DNA of 63,835 nt, the filler included, from Octopus bimaculoides (Eukaryota), in assembly GCF_001194135.2 (NCBI RefSeq). It is 4 parts of 4 records of this genome, joined end to end, with 100 filler letters (N's around TTAATTAATTAA, not from the genome) between each part and the next. Parts side by side here need not be neighbours in the genome. Positions count along the whole stretch, not along the records: positions 61,887 to 63,835 come from NC_068986.1; 3 more parts are not named here. One strand, given 5' to 3'. Below are positions 63,148-63,835 of the stretch, piece after piece. Positions within the stretch are counted from its first letter, which is position 1. Every line of letters begins with the position of its first letter. Under the pieces are notes generated by a model. The model searched no databases, was not told the origin of the DNA, and saw only the letters and a program-made list of their open reading frames with translations. The translations under genes were made by a program, and so were the position numbers.

Positions 63148-63790
63148 TTATTATTCAGTTTATTTCAAGATTTCTTGCCAATAGAGTAAGAGCAGGTTTC
63201 TAACCTAGATCCAAAGCTTCTTCATTGGAATTTCAACAGCAAAAACTGGGTACTCTTGTCTTTATGCATGTATGTCTATATCAATGTGAAGATTTGTATG
63301 TTTTATGTATGTATTTTCATGCATATAGTTGCATATCTAGACATGTTCAGATATATTTAAATGATAAACTTCTGGAAAGTTTTACACACTTTTACAGTTT
63401 CACTGACGGACTGGATCTGTAGTCTTCGAATGAGTTTTCTACTTTCTGGTTCTGAGACGCCTGATTTCTCAAGATTGGTATTTAGGCAGTGTGTTACATA
63501 TCCCAGGGCCCCAATAATTGCAGGTATAAACCTGAGCTTGTAATCTGGATAGAATAACTGCAGATTTCTCAATAGATCAGCATAGGTGTTCTCTTTTTCA
63601 CTGAATTTCGGTTTTGTGCTAACATCGGCTGGGCAGCTAATTTCCGCAACTGTGCACAGTTTCTCTTTTCTATCCCAAATCATTATACCAGGTCTTCACT
63701 GAGACATTCCACCAGCATTCGTTTTTATTATGAGGGACTATGGCTTCTACCATATTGTGAGTTCTTATTTTTATTGTCCTCGGGATTGTA
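63148..63790 (-). mobile_element. REL-type non-LTR retrotransposon 3' end from a divergent family
   Basis: RPGIMIWDRKEKLCTVAEISCPAD...EKENTYADL...FIPAIIGALG; flanked by (ATAC)n-like tracts. Confidence 0.7.
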
Positions 63791-63835
63791 TGCATGTATA
63801 TATTTATGTATGTATGTATATATATATATATATAT

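Overview
AT-rich, microsatellite- and transposon-dense animal genomic DNA with many N gaps. The tRNA-derived SINE types and LINE mix suggest a coleoid cephalopod, probably Octopus (inference). Three exact 100-bp gaps carrying a TTAATTAATTAA spacer (7714-7813, 38478-38577, 61787-61886) look like scaffold joins, so the window is probably four contigs. One host gene is clearly recognisable: CHMP5/Vps60 (ESCRT-III) on the minus strand, with coding exon 1 at 49612-49680 and exon 2 at 39629-39733; I could not find its remaining exons. The rest is mostly decayed mobile DNA: R4/Dong-like REL LINEs beside (TAA)n tracts, RTE, CR1/L2-like and Penelope-like elements, a Gypsy integrase fragment, Tc1/mariner remnants, MITEs, Helitron-like ends and at least four SINE families. 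I see no convincing new multi-gene system. The best leads are: a telomere-repeat MITE family with 8-bp TSDs, two minimal dimer-type hammerhead motifs, an ORF1-only (HAL1-like) retroelement, a head-to-tail Dong-like array, a templated-insertion scar that makes an inverted repeat inside CHMP5 intron 1, and a tandem array of CTCF-core-like 14-mers. Repeat boundaries are approximate and read by eye.
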